Below the pieces are notes generated by a model. It was given only the letters and a program-made list of their open reading frames with translations. It was not told the origin of the DNA and did not search any database. A DNA stretch of 63,218 nucleotides, filler included, from Asterionella formosa (taxonomy: Eukaryota), in assembly GCA_002256025.1 (NCBI GenBank). It is 10 parts of 10 records of this genome, joined end to end, with 100 filler letters (N's around TTAATTAATTAA, not from the genome) between each part and the next. Parts side by side here need not be neighbours in the genome. Positions count along the whole stretch, not along the records: positions 25,195 to 50,258 come from NKIB01002081.1; 9 more parts are not named here. The stretch is one strand, 5' to 3'. Positions 37,797-48,339 of the stretch are shown here, piece by piece. Position numbers and translations under genes: made by a program. Position 1 is the stretch's first letter; every line of letters starts with the position of its first letter.

Positions 37797-38399
37797 TCAG
37801 TACAAGAACAAGGATCCTAGTAGAAGGGATAAAAGAAGCATGTTTAATGCAAAGCAAGCATCACAGTGGCTGGACCCGCTTGTATTCACTGCGGCATCTG
37901 GAGTATCCACTGCGGCATCTGAAGTATCCACTGCGGCATCTGAAGTACACACCCAACCATATCCTTCAAGTTCGAGTTCAATATTATCAAGGATTATGTC
38001 ATACAATGCTTCGACTTCGCTTGCTGCACAATTTTTGCTGACACAAAGAGGCTCATTATTTTCAAACACATTGAGACCAACGCCATTTGCAGAACAAATC
38101 AGTCTAGCATCAAAAACAAGAACTTTTCCGCCAGCTGAAGTGCATGCCGCTTTGTAGTTGGCGGTAGCAGAATACTTGCTGTGGTCGAAAGTGCAAGTAG
38201 CTGTAGTAGTAGCTGTTTCCATACAAGCCTGAAATTCTGAATCTAGTTCTTGATTTATTTCCTGTTCAAGTTGTTGTAGGGTTGCGGTCTCACTCAATGC
38301 CGCTGTTTCATCAGAACATCCTGTCGCTTGGGATGGAAACACATCCAAGAAGAAAATGGTGAGGGCAAGCAAGAGGGTTTGGGAGATTTGAAGCATCAT
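37797..38399 (-). CDS. Secreted Cys-rich protein, probably GPI- or membrane-anchored
   Basis: Signal peptide, Cys-spaced domain, DAAV(D/N)T(S/P) x3 stalk, hydrophobic C-terminus after SGS. Confidence 0.75.
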   Translation of the reverse strand: MMLQISQTLLLALTIFFLDVFPSQATGCSDETAALSETATLQQLEQEINQELDSEFQACMETATTTATCTFDHSKYSATANYKAACTSAGGKVLVFDARLICSANGVGLNVFENNEPLCVSKNCAASEVEALYDIILDNIELELEGYGWVCTSDAAVDTSDAAVDTPDAAVNTSGSSHCDACFALNMLLLSLLLGSLFLY

Positions 38400-38527
38400 T
38401 GTTGCTAAGCAAGATGAGTTTGACTACTAAGGCTTTGGGTGTTAAGATTATTAATTGGCTTGAAAGAGAAATTATGGCTGTAGGAAATCACCAAGGCATG
38501 AGTCAAGATTTTACTAGATACTATCCC

Positions 38528-38647
38528 CATGACTTGATTCTTCATGACATAATTCTTCATGACTTAATTCTTCATGACTTACTACCGTAAGTACTTCTCC
38601 TCATGACTTGAATTTGCATGACTTATTAGCTACTTCAATCATGACTT
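38528..38647. repeat. Cluster of seven CATGAC(T/A)T motifs, partly at a 15-bp period
   Basis: Copies at 38528, 38543, 38558, 38573, 38602, 38617 and 38640. Confidence 0.85.
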
Positions 38648-39339
38648 ACTAGGATTTTTGTATTCATGGTGGTTGTTTGTTTGTTCAAAGCAATGTGGAC
38701 GAATTTAGTTGAGTCGTTAATGCGAGCCTTTTTCAGTCTGATTTGATCGTGCAGAAAGATGAGAACAAAAAGCAAAAGGCGGAAGCAAAGGAGGAATTAC
38801 TACCAGGGTACCAACGTAGTTCCAGTACCAGGTACCGCGTAGGCTAGAAGATTCTGTAGTACGTGAATTGCTCGTATGATACCAAACGTATTTGTAATTC
38901 TTTACAACGAAGAAGCACCTGGTAGAGGGAGTTCAAGTCAAATGAGCGAATCTTTGTACCCGGTATGTCCTCTTCGCTCGAAAATCAGCCCAGGCATGAT
39001 CCTTCTTTGTATCTACCTACCGTAGTCACAAACACGAATCAATCTTCGACTCGAATCCTGACAAAAGGTGCTGAAAACACGTCATCATCGATGTCACTGG
39101 TATATTTTCCACGTAGTAAAAATGATTCCAGGTGGAAGCACATGAGGGAACGGAATCTTGATCATTCAATGCGAAGGCAAGGGTTCGGACCTGCGCCTGC
39201 CCGCATGCACGATTCTGCATATGCTGGTTCAAACAGTAGTCCTGGTACAGTCTAGCTTCGTACCGTCTGTGCCTACCTGCCTCAATACACATGCCCGACA
39301 CTTTGTAAGCTGGTTCAAACTGTGGTCCCCTGGTACTGG

Positions 39340-42065
39340 GTATCGTATTGTGCTTAGTACCCTTTTTCCAGTAAATAATGAATTGGCCCTGTTGAACCTG
39401 ATTGCAGACCCAATAGAAACGCATATCCATAGCCTTGGAATGTTTTTGGTGGACGGTGTCATTAGTAATACCACTGGCAGTGCTATTATCGGTGACAATG
39501 GGAGTCGAAGGTTGAGGATGACTGAGTTCAGCCAGGATGTTGCAAATAGCACAAGCCTCCTTGCCACTGTGAAAAGGGCTGCCAGTTTGGCCTTGGCAGC
39601 ACTAGATAGTACCTCCTTAAGAATTTGGCAGTGCACATAAAGCGCGCCATTAAGAGGAGGGATAAGAGTGGTAGAGCAAGGCAAAGACATGGGCTTACAG
39701 CTGAGGAAGTGAATGCCGGCAGCAATGGCTGGGAATGACCATGCATTCCAAAGAGATAAGAGGCATCGCTTTCGACATGGAGGACCATGTCACTGGCAGT
39801 ATAGCGGAGAGTGGCTTCAGGGTTGGTTGCACAATAATTGAGAAGTTGTGTAATGGCAGTTTATGTGGCCATAGTAGGGGTGGCTTGTTGTGTTGCCAAT
39901 GTACCAAGGGCAGGCAGCATAGTGCAATCAATAGCACGGGCATAATAGAGGAGGGTACCAAGAACTTCCTGCACACATTTTTTATTAAGGAGGTCAAGGA
40001 CAGGCATGACATCGGGAACAACAAATTGCTGGCGCGCGCCATACTGCGGTGCAATCCAGGCATGGGGAGCATGTTGTGGTTGTGTGGGTGGTGAATGGTC
40101 AAATTGTTGCAAGGCGCGAGCAATGCAGCCTGGCATTGTAAGGTTGACAGTGCCGTTGTCATAATCCCACACCAGCGCCAGACCAATGTACTGGGAGCCA
40201 GTCCAATCAGTTGTGAGGCGGTATTTGGTGCGTAGCGTGTTGAGAAGATGTTCTACATCACTTCGGTTGGTGTACCGCAAAAAAAGTCATCGACAACAAG
40301 CGTAAACATGAGATCACTGGTGGTATCTTTCCAGAGGCCAGGGGTGATGGGCAAGGGAGGTAATGATGCGGGAACAAAAACTGTGCAAGTTGGTCATTGG
40401 CAAAGCCTACCAGCCTGAGGCAGGCCATACATGCCGCGGTGTATTTCCGCATAGACATGACCATCAATGATCTTGTTGGCTAAAAATTGTAGGGGGCTTG
40501 GATGTGAGAGGAGATCATCCATAACGGGATGCGAACGAATTCGTAGTCAGGCGGTGCAATGGCTTTCGAGAAAAAAATCCGAAAATTCAACGGTCATAAA
40601 ATGTCCATTGGGTGTGCTGATTGTACTGTGAAACAAACATTTAGCAGTAGTCAGATCCGGAGTATTTGTGGTGACATTTCCCATGTATATAGCACACAAT
40701 TGCCCGCAGCGGTACAGTAAACACATTGGGGAATGGTCTTTTCAGGGTGGTCGGCACATACAATACAAATGTAGGTCTTGCGTTTGTGTTAGGGCATGTC
40801 ATGCTTATTGATCAAGAAACAGCAATTAGTACCAGTGGGCATGGTGGAATTGGGGCCCAATCCCTGGAATAACCGGCCGATTTCCAACCCATTGGCTGTG
40901 GCCCACAAGGGAGCAGTGCTGCAGGTCATTAACTCTTTATAGCCCGCAATTTTGCCATTGCCAGGGTTGATAGCGGTACTGTGGAAACAAAACTCAGTGA
41001 CTGGGGGAGTAGCACTGGTTATGGATGTATCAACAAGAGCAAGGTTGGCAAGAAAAAGAGAGGTGTGGGAATAACAGTATTGTGAGGAATGGTACCATGG
41101 TGTTGTCGGCGTTTGGGGGCAGTGGTAGTGTCATAAGTAGCCGGCAAGGAAGGTGAACTGGGAAGCAAAAGGGCATCCCGATATGGGTGAGGGGGCAGGG
41201 GAGTGCGCATGGGGACACTGCCAGGTGGGTTGCTGGTAGGGTTAGGGTTAGGGTTAGGGTTACCGTTGCCCTGGCGTAGAGGGTTAGGGTTAGGGGTAGG
41301 GTTACGCACCCTCAGTGATGGGGCAGCAAGCTCAGGGATTACATGGAGGTTGGGTGCCGCTGGGGGACTGGGCAACCTCATTGATGAAGCAGGGCTACAA
41401 AGGGTGGGGTTTGGTATAGGGGAGAGAGTCGTAGGCAAGAGAATTTCAAGGAGCTGGTGAAGAGCGGCCTTGTGGGTGGTGGTGAGTGGGGCAACCGGAG
41501 ACTGAGTGGTTCGGTGTAACAAGGCATTGGCGATCATGTCCTCCTGACTGTTTGTGATGAGATCTGTGGACGAATTACTAGGGAGGGTGACTTTGGTTGG
41601 AAACCATGAGACAGTATCGCAGATGCGTATAGCACAGGTGTCCCACATCCATACACAGTAGCATCTGTAGGAGTCCACAGCAGGGCCCACATACCAGCCG
41701 TCAAGAGCATGCGGAGACCATGTTGTACAGTGTTGGGGTTTGGTGTGGACAAGGACCCGACAACCAGGGGGCGCCGAGGGGACACGGTTGTAATCGTATG
41801 TTCTGTTGGCCTGTGCCCAAGCAGACAGTTTTGGGTTAATGGCATGTGTGAGCCACGGAGGAGATTAAGAGAAAGCTCAGCTTGATCTAAGACCCACAGG
41901 TGAAGAGGAATATCTTTGTCCACACCACAGAGGCCGGCAACAAAATGATTTTGAAATGTTCGAATTGATTGTTTGGCAGCATTACGGCGGTGGACTGCCG
42001 GAGGGACCAGTTGAAAATCAATATCTTCAGTATCCAAGAAATCTTTGAGGAGTACGCGCAAATTT
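39340..42065 (-). mobile_element. Heavily decayed Copia pol (IN-RT-RNase H), a different family
   Basis: FQLVPPAVHRRNAA, GPAVDSYRCY, DWTGSQYIGL...DY, VLGTLLYYARAID, HVESDASYL, DMRFYWV in many frames. Confidence 0.9.
41239..41304 (+). repeat. Interstitial (GGGTTA)n telomere-like repeats
   Basis: (GGGTTA)4 at 41239-41262 and four more units, one variant, at 41281-41304. Confidence 0.85.
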
Positions 42066-44087
42066 CCACTGATTTGAATATTTCAAACGGAATCATGTCA
42101 TTCAAAAATAGCTCCTATAAATTCTTAGTTCCAGGAAATTTCGGCAACCCTAGGCAATATTTTAATTTTTGCCTTAGGGTTGAAATGCAGGTACCTTAAG
42201 CAAAATGACCACAACTTGCAGGTACTCACTGCGTGCTTCCAGCTAAGGAGGTTTGAGGTATATTGACAACCACATGCGTCAGAACAGGCAGAGGTACGTC
42301 CGTCGTGTGCTAGCTGGCACTTCAGCAAATGAGAGGACGCTGTGGGACCTAAAAGCCACACTTTCTGATTCTGTTTCTATCAATAGAATTACGAGAAGTC
42401 GATACGCTTGTTGAGCCTTGCTCTTGTTGGTTGCTTATCTACAGGACTGATCATCTGTGGAGTATGCAGTCACATCAAGAGGAAGAAGAAAAATTTACCC
42501 ACCCCCCCCCCCACCCCTGAAGATAATCACTTTGTTTATGATTAATCCGAGATGACAGTTGACAGGCGGGATCTACTCTTTACAAATATTGGATGAAAAC
42601 AATTTGGCTATAAGCTCACGAGCTAATGGTTAAAGGTTAGATGTGGGATCTCCCCTTTTAACTGCATCATTATACGATAGTACAAATTGTTTTGATTTCA
42701 GGTCGAAGGAGTCGATCTCATTACGATGATAGTGACATGAAGAAAAAGAGAGATGTGGTAGACAAAACCCTAATGTAATACTTAGGTGGAAATGAGAGTC
42801 GATCGGTGTCGATATGATTGGTTTTTGGGATAGTATTAACTTCTCTAAATGGTCTGATGCACACCGCTTTTAACTGCCAATAACCAGTAAAATCTGAGGA
42901 TATCTGCGGTTGTACTGTAGGCATAGATAAGGATGTATTTATAGCACCATATGTTAGGCAGTTGATAACATACATCACACTATATGATTATACAGTACCT
43001 GCAAGTTGCGATAAATTCCTGAAAATGACGATTTGGACCACGCGGATATTCACGCATGGTGATCCAGTACTTAAATACCGTGAAACCTTTTTTGTACCCC
43101 TCAATGTACACAGCCACGATTGAATTTACATAGCGGGGTCATTGGACAAAGGTTCGACCAGTGGATGGTGATTTGTTGGCATTGGTGTCAGGAAGTGGAG
43201 GAGTAACATGACAGGTGCCTTCAGCAACGTTCTGAAGGGAAAGAAATAGGTATTATCATTAGTATGCTTGACCATGGCGGGAACTCAAACATGACAAAAA
43301 AATCAACAAGCACATACCTGTCCTCTCTTCCTTCTTGAATACGAGTTAATGCAGAACACCGCTTTCATCATGATGTTCCGGCTGCTTTGCTGAGTTCGCG
43401 ATAGGAGCTCATTGAGATTGACGACTTTTCATTGTCATTGTAGATGATTATATAGAAGTAACAAAAGTAATATTGTTATTAGAAAGCAATGAAACAATAC
43501 TATTGTAGAGCAGCGGAAAAAAGCCAACACATGAGCACTAAAACTTGCTGCCGAGATCTGATTTGAGATAGTGTAGGACACATAGAAAACATGCTACAAA
43601 TTATAGTGAAAATTTAACGGCTGATCATATCTGACGAAAATACCGGTTCAATGACGAGATGGAAACCTAACTTTGACCTACCATAACGTTTTGAGTTTTG
43701 ATACTCAACGACTGATTGAGGTCGCTCGCTTTTGAACAATCATTAATTTATTTATCACTTCATATCAAATCTAGAGAAGGAGTTGACCGGAAAGGCTATC
43801 GGAAATCAACAGAAAGGGGAAGCGAAATTATGGCGCCACTGTGATGAAGCAAGCACAACAATGCAACGATATGAATCCCATAAGCAAGAAGTCGAATTAT
43901 CCAACAACCAGCCAGATCCATTTGATGAAGAGTCAGTGTTTCAGACATCAATGAACAGAGTTAGTATACCTCGGAGCATGGTGCTGGAAGATAGCAGGGA
44001 TGTAAATAGTGGAATTGCTGTGGACACTTTACAGAAAACCATCATCATTTCGTGCCTTCACGTAGCTCATCCTACTCCCTTCCAATT

Positions 44088-44365
44088 TCGGCAGTCCATT
44101 TTCCTTAAGTAAACGGCAGTCCATAGGGGGGCAATAGATGTCAGTAATCCATTTCCCTTAATAAATAAACGGCAGTCCATTTCGGCAGGCAAATCTAAGG
44201 GGCTGTTGAAAATATTGAAGGTGGTTTGGCAGTCCAAAAACGGAGCATATGAAATATACAAAATATGTTTTATATGATGGGCAATTGCAGGATTGAGTAC
44301 CGGTAATCATCCAAAAACTGTAAATATGAAATATACAATATATGTTTTATATGAAGGGCAATTAA
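44088..44365. repeat. GGCAGTCCA x4 plus a ~40-bp direct duplication; probable subterminal repeats of a DNA transposon relic
   Basis: GGCAGTCCA at 44090, 44115, 44171, 44228; ATATGAAATATACAA..TATGTTTTATATGA.GGGCAATT near 44247 and 44324. Confidence 0.65.
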
Positions 44366-44444
44366 CTGGGCCACCCTCGGTCGTGTCTTACCTTCACTAC
44401 ATAGGCACCATGTTGGTTTTATACGAGACCAGGTGCTAAAACAA

Positions 44445-44580
44445 GGTACCTGGTACCCTGGTACCTGGTACTAGACCTGGTCCCAGGTACCAGATACCTC
44501 GAGAACCGGAGTTCCAGGGTACCAGGTAGAGTACCTCGTAGTATTTTGTACAGTAATGGCGAAGGCGAACATACCGGTAG
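44445..44580. repeat. Dense TACC(T/A)GGTA / GGTACC / TACCGGTA cluster upstream of INTS6
   Basis: AGGTACCTGGTACCCTGGTACCTGGTACTAG...GGTACCAGGTAGAGTACC...TACCGGTA. Confidence 0.8.
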
Positions 44581-44695
44581 ATCGGAGGGATTCTGCTCAC
44601 ATTCAACTCTCACTTTTCGTTCTTTCATTGCATTTATTTATGCGGCGGAGGAGTATCTGTAGTGCAAATGCATGCTTGCTAGTTCATCATAGATC

Positions 44696-47600
44696 ATGAT
44701 CGTCGTTTTTGTTATTGACACATCTCCATCGATGAGCCAGCGATTGATGGCTGGATCTCAAATGCAAGGAATGTCTAGACTTGATCTTGCCAAGATGGCT
44801 GTCGAATCACTTGTAAAAGGTATAAATAAACGCAGATCGGAACACAACAACCAGCTGCAGCAGCTTTCACAAGCTATGCAGCAGTCCATGCACAATATCG
44901 GTCTGGGGTTTTGTCAACAAGATCAGTTCTTGCTTCTGAGCACCTCTTGTCAATACACTGAGCAGCTTGCAATGGGGGCTTGTGGAGCTGGTGGACGTCT
45001 TCTTGTCGGGTTTGGAGATTACATTGATCAGGCGTTAGAAAATCAGGGTGATCATCAACATTCAAACAATTTAGGGCATCAAGGCTCCTTTGATAAAGAA
45101 TTAAAGAAGCTGCAACCGACAGTTTGGCAGAGACCATCAGAGGAAAGTGCTGGTGCTCATCCCCAAGCCACCCCCTTTCCCGAAGATGGAGGCGGAGCCG
45201 CTGGTCTCAACGCTGCATTATCTCATGGGCTTGCTTTGTTGTCAAGGTATCGACTGCAAAATAGAAACACGGAAAACTTTGGCATGGGTAGGCTTCCTTC
45301 ACCTGCCATGTTATCTCCAAATGGCGGAGGCAATGCCGCGAACGCTCTACAACCTGCTTGCCTTGTATTGATCACTGACGGGGAATGCCTAAGAAAAACA
45401 TCAGCCGAAGGCGGTGGTTCATTGCAACTTCAATTGAGCAACTTGCCACTCCGAGAGTTTTATCATGAACCCTTTCGGTGGGATCAACGAGTCTTTACAC
45501 TCGGCGTGGGTGGACAAGAAGGTGTCAACTCAAATCAATATTTGCACAGTTCACTTAGAGCTCTTTGTGAAGTTACTGGTGGATTTCATATGATGCTCCG
45601 ATCGACGACAGGATTATCGCATTTAACCGATTGCATCATCAAAAACATCTCGCCCCCGAGACCAAAAGAATTACCCATTCCAGACCCCTTGCGAGTTCCA
45701 ACAGGATATCATCTTGTAGCACCAGATCTCGGGATACCTCCAGGTAGCTTTGTGAACGGGGGACCGATTTGTTGTTTCCAAGCTCTAGAAGCTGAACCAA
45801 ACGGAGACATCTCGAGTACACATCGAGCAATGATACTGTACGTTCCCTTCCAGCAACCAGAGGTAACGTCAAAAGGAAATTATGTCGTTCACCCACCGAT
45901 TTGGTGTTTGCCAGAATCCTTCTTTCCAGGAAAGAAACTAGAGTCACTTCCACCTAGGTTGGCTCAACCTCTTCTGACGTATTCCAAAAACTTTTCGGTT
46001 GTTGGCTCTGGTGCCTTTGATCCTAACTTTGTTATCAAATGTCTCAATCGCTTAGATGTCGTGGTTCAACAAAATCGCAAAACGAATCCAATGCCCGCTC
46101 AGCCCGGTCAACAGACTCAACCACTTGTCTTGCTCCATCGGGACAACTATATTTGCGAATGGATTTCACAAGATGGAAAAGCTGGCACCCCTCCAAGAAC
46201 AACAAGAGGGATGGAATACTTTCCAGTTGTAGTTAGAGGCGCAGGACGAGGTTTGTCGGAGGTTGAAGAGCAAATGCTGGGGATTGGGATTCTACATATT
46301 CCTGAAGGATCAGTTTCTGTTGCGCAATTACAAGGATCAAGGGTTTCCACCCTTTCACTGCTGCCTCCAGAACCGCATATCCTTCTTCCATTATTAATAC
46401 GAGCTGCCGAGGCTGAAGGGAGGGCTATCAAAAAATCAATTCAATCCAAAGGAGCACGAAATGTACATCTTGACGAGAATTGGAGAAACGAATTTCGTGC
46501 CTATTTGTTCAGAATTCCCCCTTATTATCACGCTGCACTGAAGAGGGCCCTTCGACCAGTTCTTCCTGCTAGTTGCCATGCGCTATTGAGTTATGATGTC
46601 GAGCCGCTTCCATCACAGTGCTTTTCAAAGGCATGCTCACAGAAAATTCGGAATGGAGAATTATTGGCACAGAACAACAATGAAAGACTGGAACGACAAG
46701 AAGCAGAGCTGAGGAGACGAGGAGTTCAATCGATGAATGGCAGGCCAATATCAGAAGCAGAAGGTAATAAATCAACTGGTTATGGACAGTACGATCCTAG
46801 AGCCACGATAAGTAGCTATCTTGCCGCCCTGAGGAATCTTCCGCCACCATGGAAAAATGGGATTGGTTTGAAGCAAAGACAAGAAATTGAAAAGTCTCAG
46901 GAAACATTGAGTGAAATTTCATCCGTCGCTAGCGTTCAGCATGAAGGAAGGCGAATTGCAGCCGATGTACTAGGTGACCTCCCTGCTGATTGTTTAATCC
47001 CTTATTATGAGTCAAGGAGACGTTGGGTGTTTGGAGGATCAGGTTTGACAACTAGAGGCGTATTTGCGGATGGGGTGAACAACGATGGCTCGAATGTTCA
47101 GAAAATAAAAGCAGATCATACTCTTGATGATGAATCGTTGCTTTCCCTTGCTGGAATTGGAGTGTCGACTTTGAATCAGACAACGACAGTCAAAATGGGC
47201 GACTATCGAGAACGATTGCTATGGTCGCGAGCTCCAATCGTTGGATCTGGATCAGGTGTTGCGTCGACAACCGCTGCTGATGGGTCACCTCTTTGGTCTG
47301 TGGACGATGATGTGCTGCCGATTTCGTTCTTTGACAACATAACCGGCGAATTTAATGATTCCGTTCAAGCTCGAGTACGGACTCGATTGACAGTGCACTT
47401 TGGAAACCCTTTCAAAGATCGACGTGGAGATTCATTGATCCCTGCCACATTCGTTAACCAATGTCCCCATATTAAAAGACGAGTCTCTGCTTCTGGAGAC
47501 GAGGAAGACCCAAGAACACCTCCTGGCTCACCGCCACATGACGATTTCTCCTCTGGTGTCGAAGGCGAAGGCGAGGCTCTCTTCGCCCCAGTTAGAAAGC

Positions 47601-48274
47601 TTGCAAGTACTCCTGAACGTGCAGCAGAAAAGTCTTCGAAGCGAGAAGCATTGGAATTGCCAGAAGATGCCCCCGACGAAAAGCGCAAAAAGATAGAAAT
47701 AAAGGAAGTCGTTTCGGTTGCAAATACGCATCCATTATCTCCAGAGAAGAAACCTCCCGTTCCAAAACGTGACACTCTGAAATCACCACTATCTAAGCCA
47801 CATGCTCCGCCACCGCCACCACAAAGAGCAAAGACTATTGCACCGCCCAAACCTCCGCCACCGCCTCCGGGAGCTCCTCCGTCCGCACTACCAAAACCTG
47901 CAGCTCCCAAGCCACCACCAGAGGTACGGGCTTCTGTGAATCCTCCGAAGCCACAACCTCCTCCAAAACCAGCAGGCCAACGACCACCTCCACCAAAACC
48001 ACCGGCATTGACGCAACCAATCAACCCACCTATATCATTCCCCGAGCTGAGGCCACCACCACCGAAGCCTACACCTTCTGAAGGGAAGGCCGAACATATA
48101 TCAGCAATGGTGCAAAGTCCTGACAACAAGCCTGACATTAATCTGCCGGCAGGGTGGATTTGCGCCTGGAGCAAAAGCCAAAAACGATGGTACTTTTTTG
48201 ACCAACGGACCAACAAGTCCGTTTGGCAATGGCCTCCACCTGGAGTTCACATCTCATCGCTAGACAAATTATAA
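44696..48274 (+). CDS. INTS6: Integrator complex subunit 6 homologue with proline-rich linker and C-terminal WW domain
   Basis: VWA start VFVIDTSPSM..LDLAK.AVE, ENFGMGR.P, ITDG, EPFRWDQRVF, LCEVTGG, IPPYY..LK.A, HFGNPFK; WW LPAGWICAWSKSQKRWYFFDQRTNKSVWQWP. Confidence 0.9.
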   Translation: MIVVFVIDTSPSMSQRLMAGSQMQGMSRLDLAKMAVESLVKGINKRRSEHNNQLQQLSQAMQQSMHNIGLGFCQQDQFLLLSTSCQYTEQLAMGACGAGGRLLVGFGDYIDQALENQGDHQHSNNLGHQGSFDKELKKLQPTVWQRPSEESAGAHPQATPFPEDGGGAAGLNAALSHGLALLSRYRLQNRNTENFGMGRLPSPAMLSPNGGGNAANALQPACLVLITDGECLRKTSAEGGGSLQLQLSNLPLREFYHEPFRWDQRVFTLGVGGQEGVNSNQYLHSSLRALCEVTGGFHMMLRSTTGLSHLTDCIIKNISPPRPKELPIPDPLRVPTGYHLVAPDLGIPPGSFVNGGPICCFQALEAEPNGDISSTHRAMILYVPFQQPEVTSKGNYVVHPPIWCLPESFFPGKKLESLPPRLAQPLLTYSKNFSVVGSGAFDPNFVIKCLNRLDVVVQQNRKTNPMPAQPGQQTQPLVLLHRDNYICEWISQDGKAGTPPRTTRGMEYFPVVVRGAGRGLSEVEEQMLGIGILHIPEGSVSVAQLQGSRVSTLSLLPPEPHILLPLLIRAAEAEGRAIKKSIQSKGARNVHLDENWRNEFRAYLFRIPPYYHAALKRALRPVLPASCHALLSYDVEPLPSQCFSKACSQKIRNGELLAQNNNERLERQEAELRRRGVQSMNGRPISEAEGNKSTGYGQYDPRATISSYLAALRNLPPPWKNGIGLKQRQEIEKSQETLSEISSVASVQHEGRRIAADVLGDLPADCLIPYYESRRRWVFGGSGLTTRGVFADGVNNDGSNVQKIKADHTLDDESLLSLAGIGVSTLNQTTTVKMGDYRERLLWSRAPIVGSGSGVASTTAADGSPLWSVDDDVLPISFFDNITGEFNDSVQARVRTRLTVHFGNPFKDRRGDSLIPATFVNQCPHIKRRVSASGDEEDPRTPPGSPPHDDFSSGVEGEGEALFAPVRKLASTPERAAEKSSKREALELPEDAPDEKRKKIEIKEVVSVANTHPLSPEKKPPVPKRDTLKSPLSKPHAPPPPPQRAKTIAPPKPPPPPPGAPPSALPKPAAPKPPPEVRASVNPPKPQPPPKPAGQRPPPPKPPALTQPINPPISFPELRPPPPKPTPSEGKAEHISAMVQSPDNKPDINLPAGWICAWSKSQKRWYFFDQRTNKSVWQWPPPGVHISSLDKL

Positions 48275-48339
48275 TATCCATGCTGCATGGTATAAATCAT
48301 ATCCGCTAATAGGAATCTAAATGAGTGCGCAGCTCGAGT

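Noticed and set aside
47365..48216. 283-aa Gly-rich antisense ORF
   Set aside because: Shadow of the proline-rich codons of INTS6
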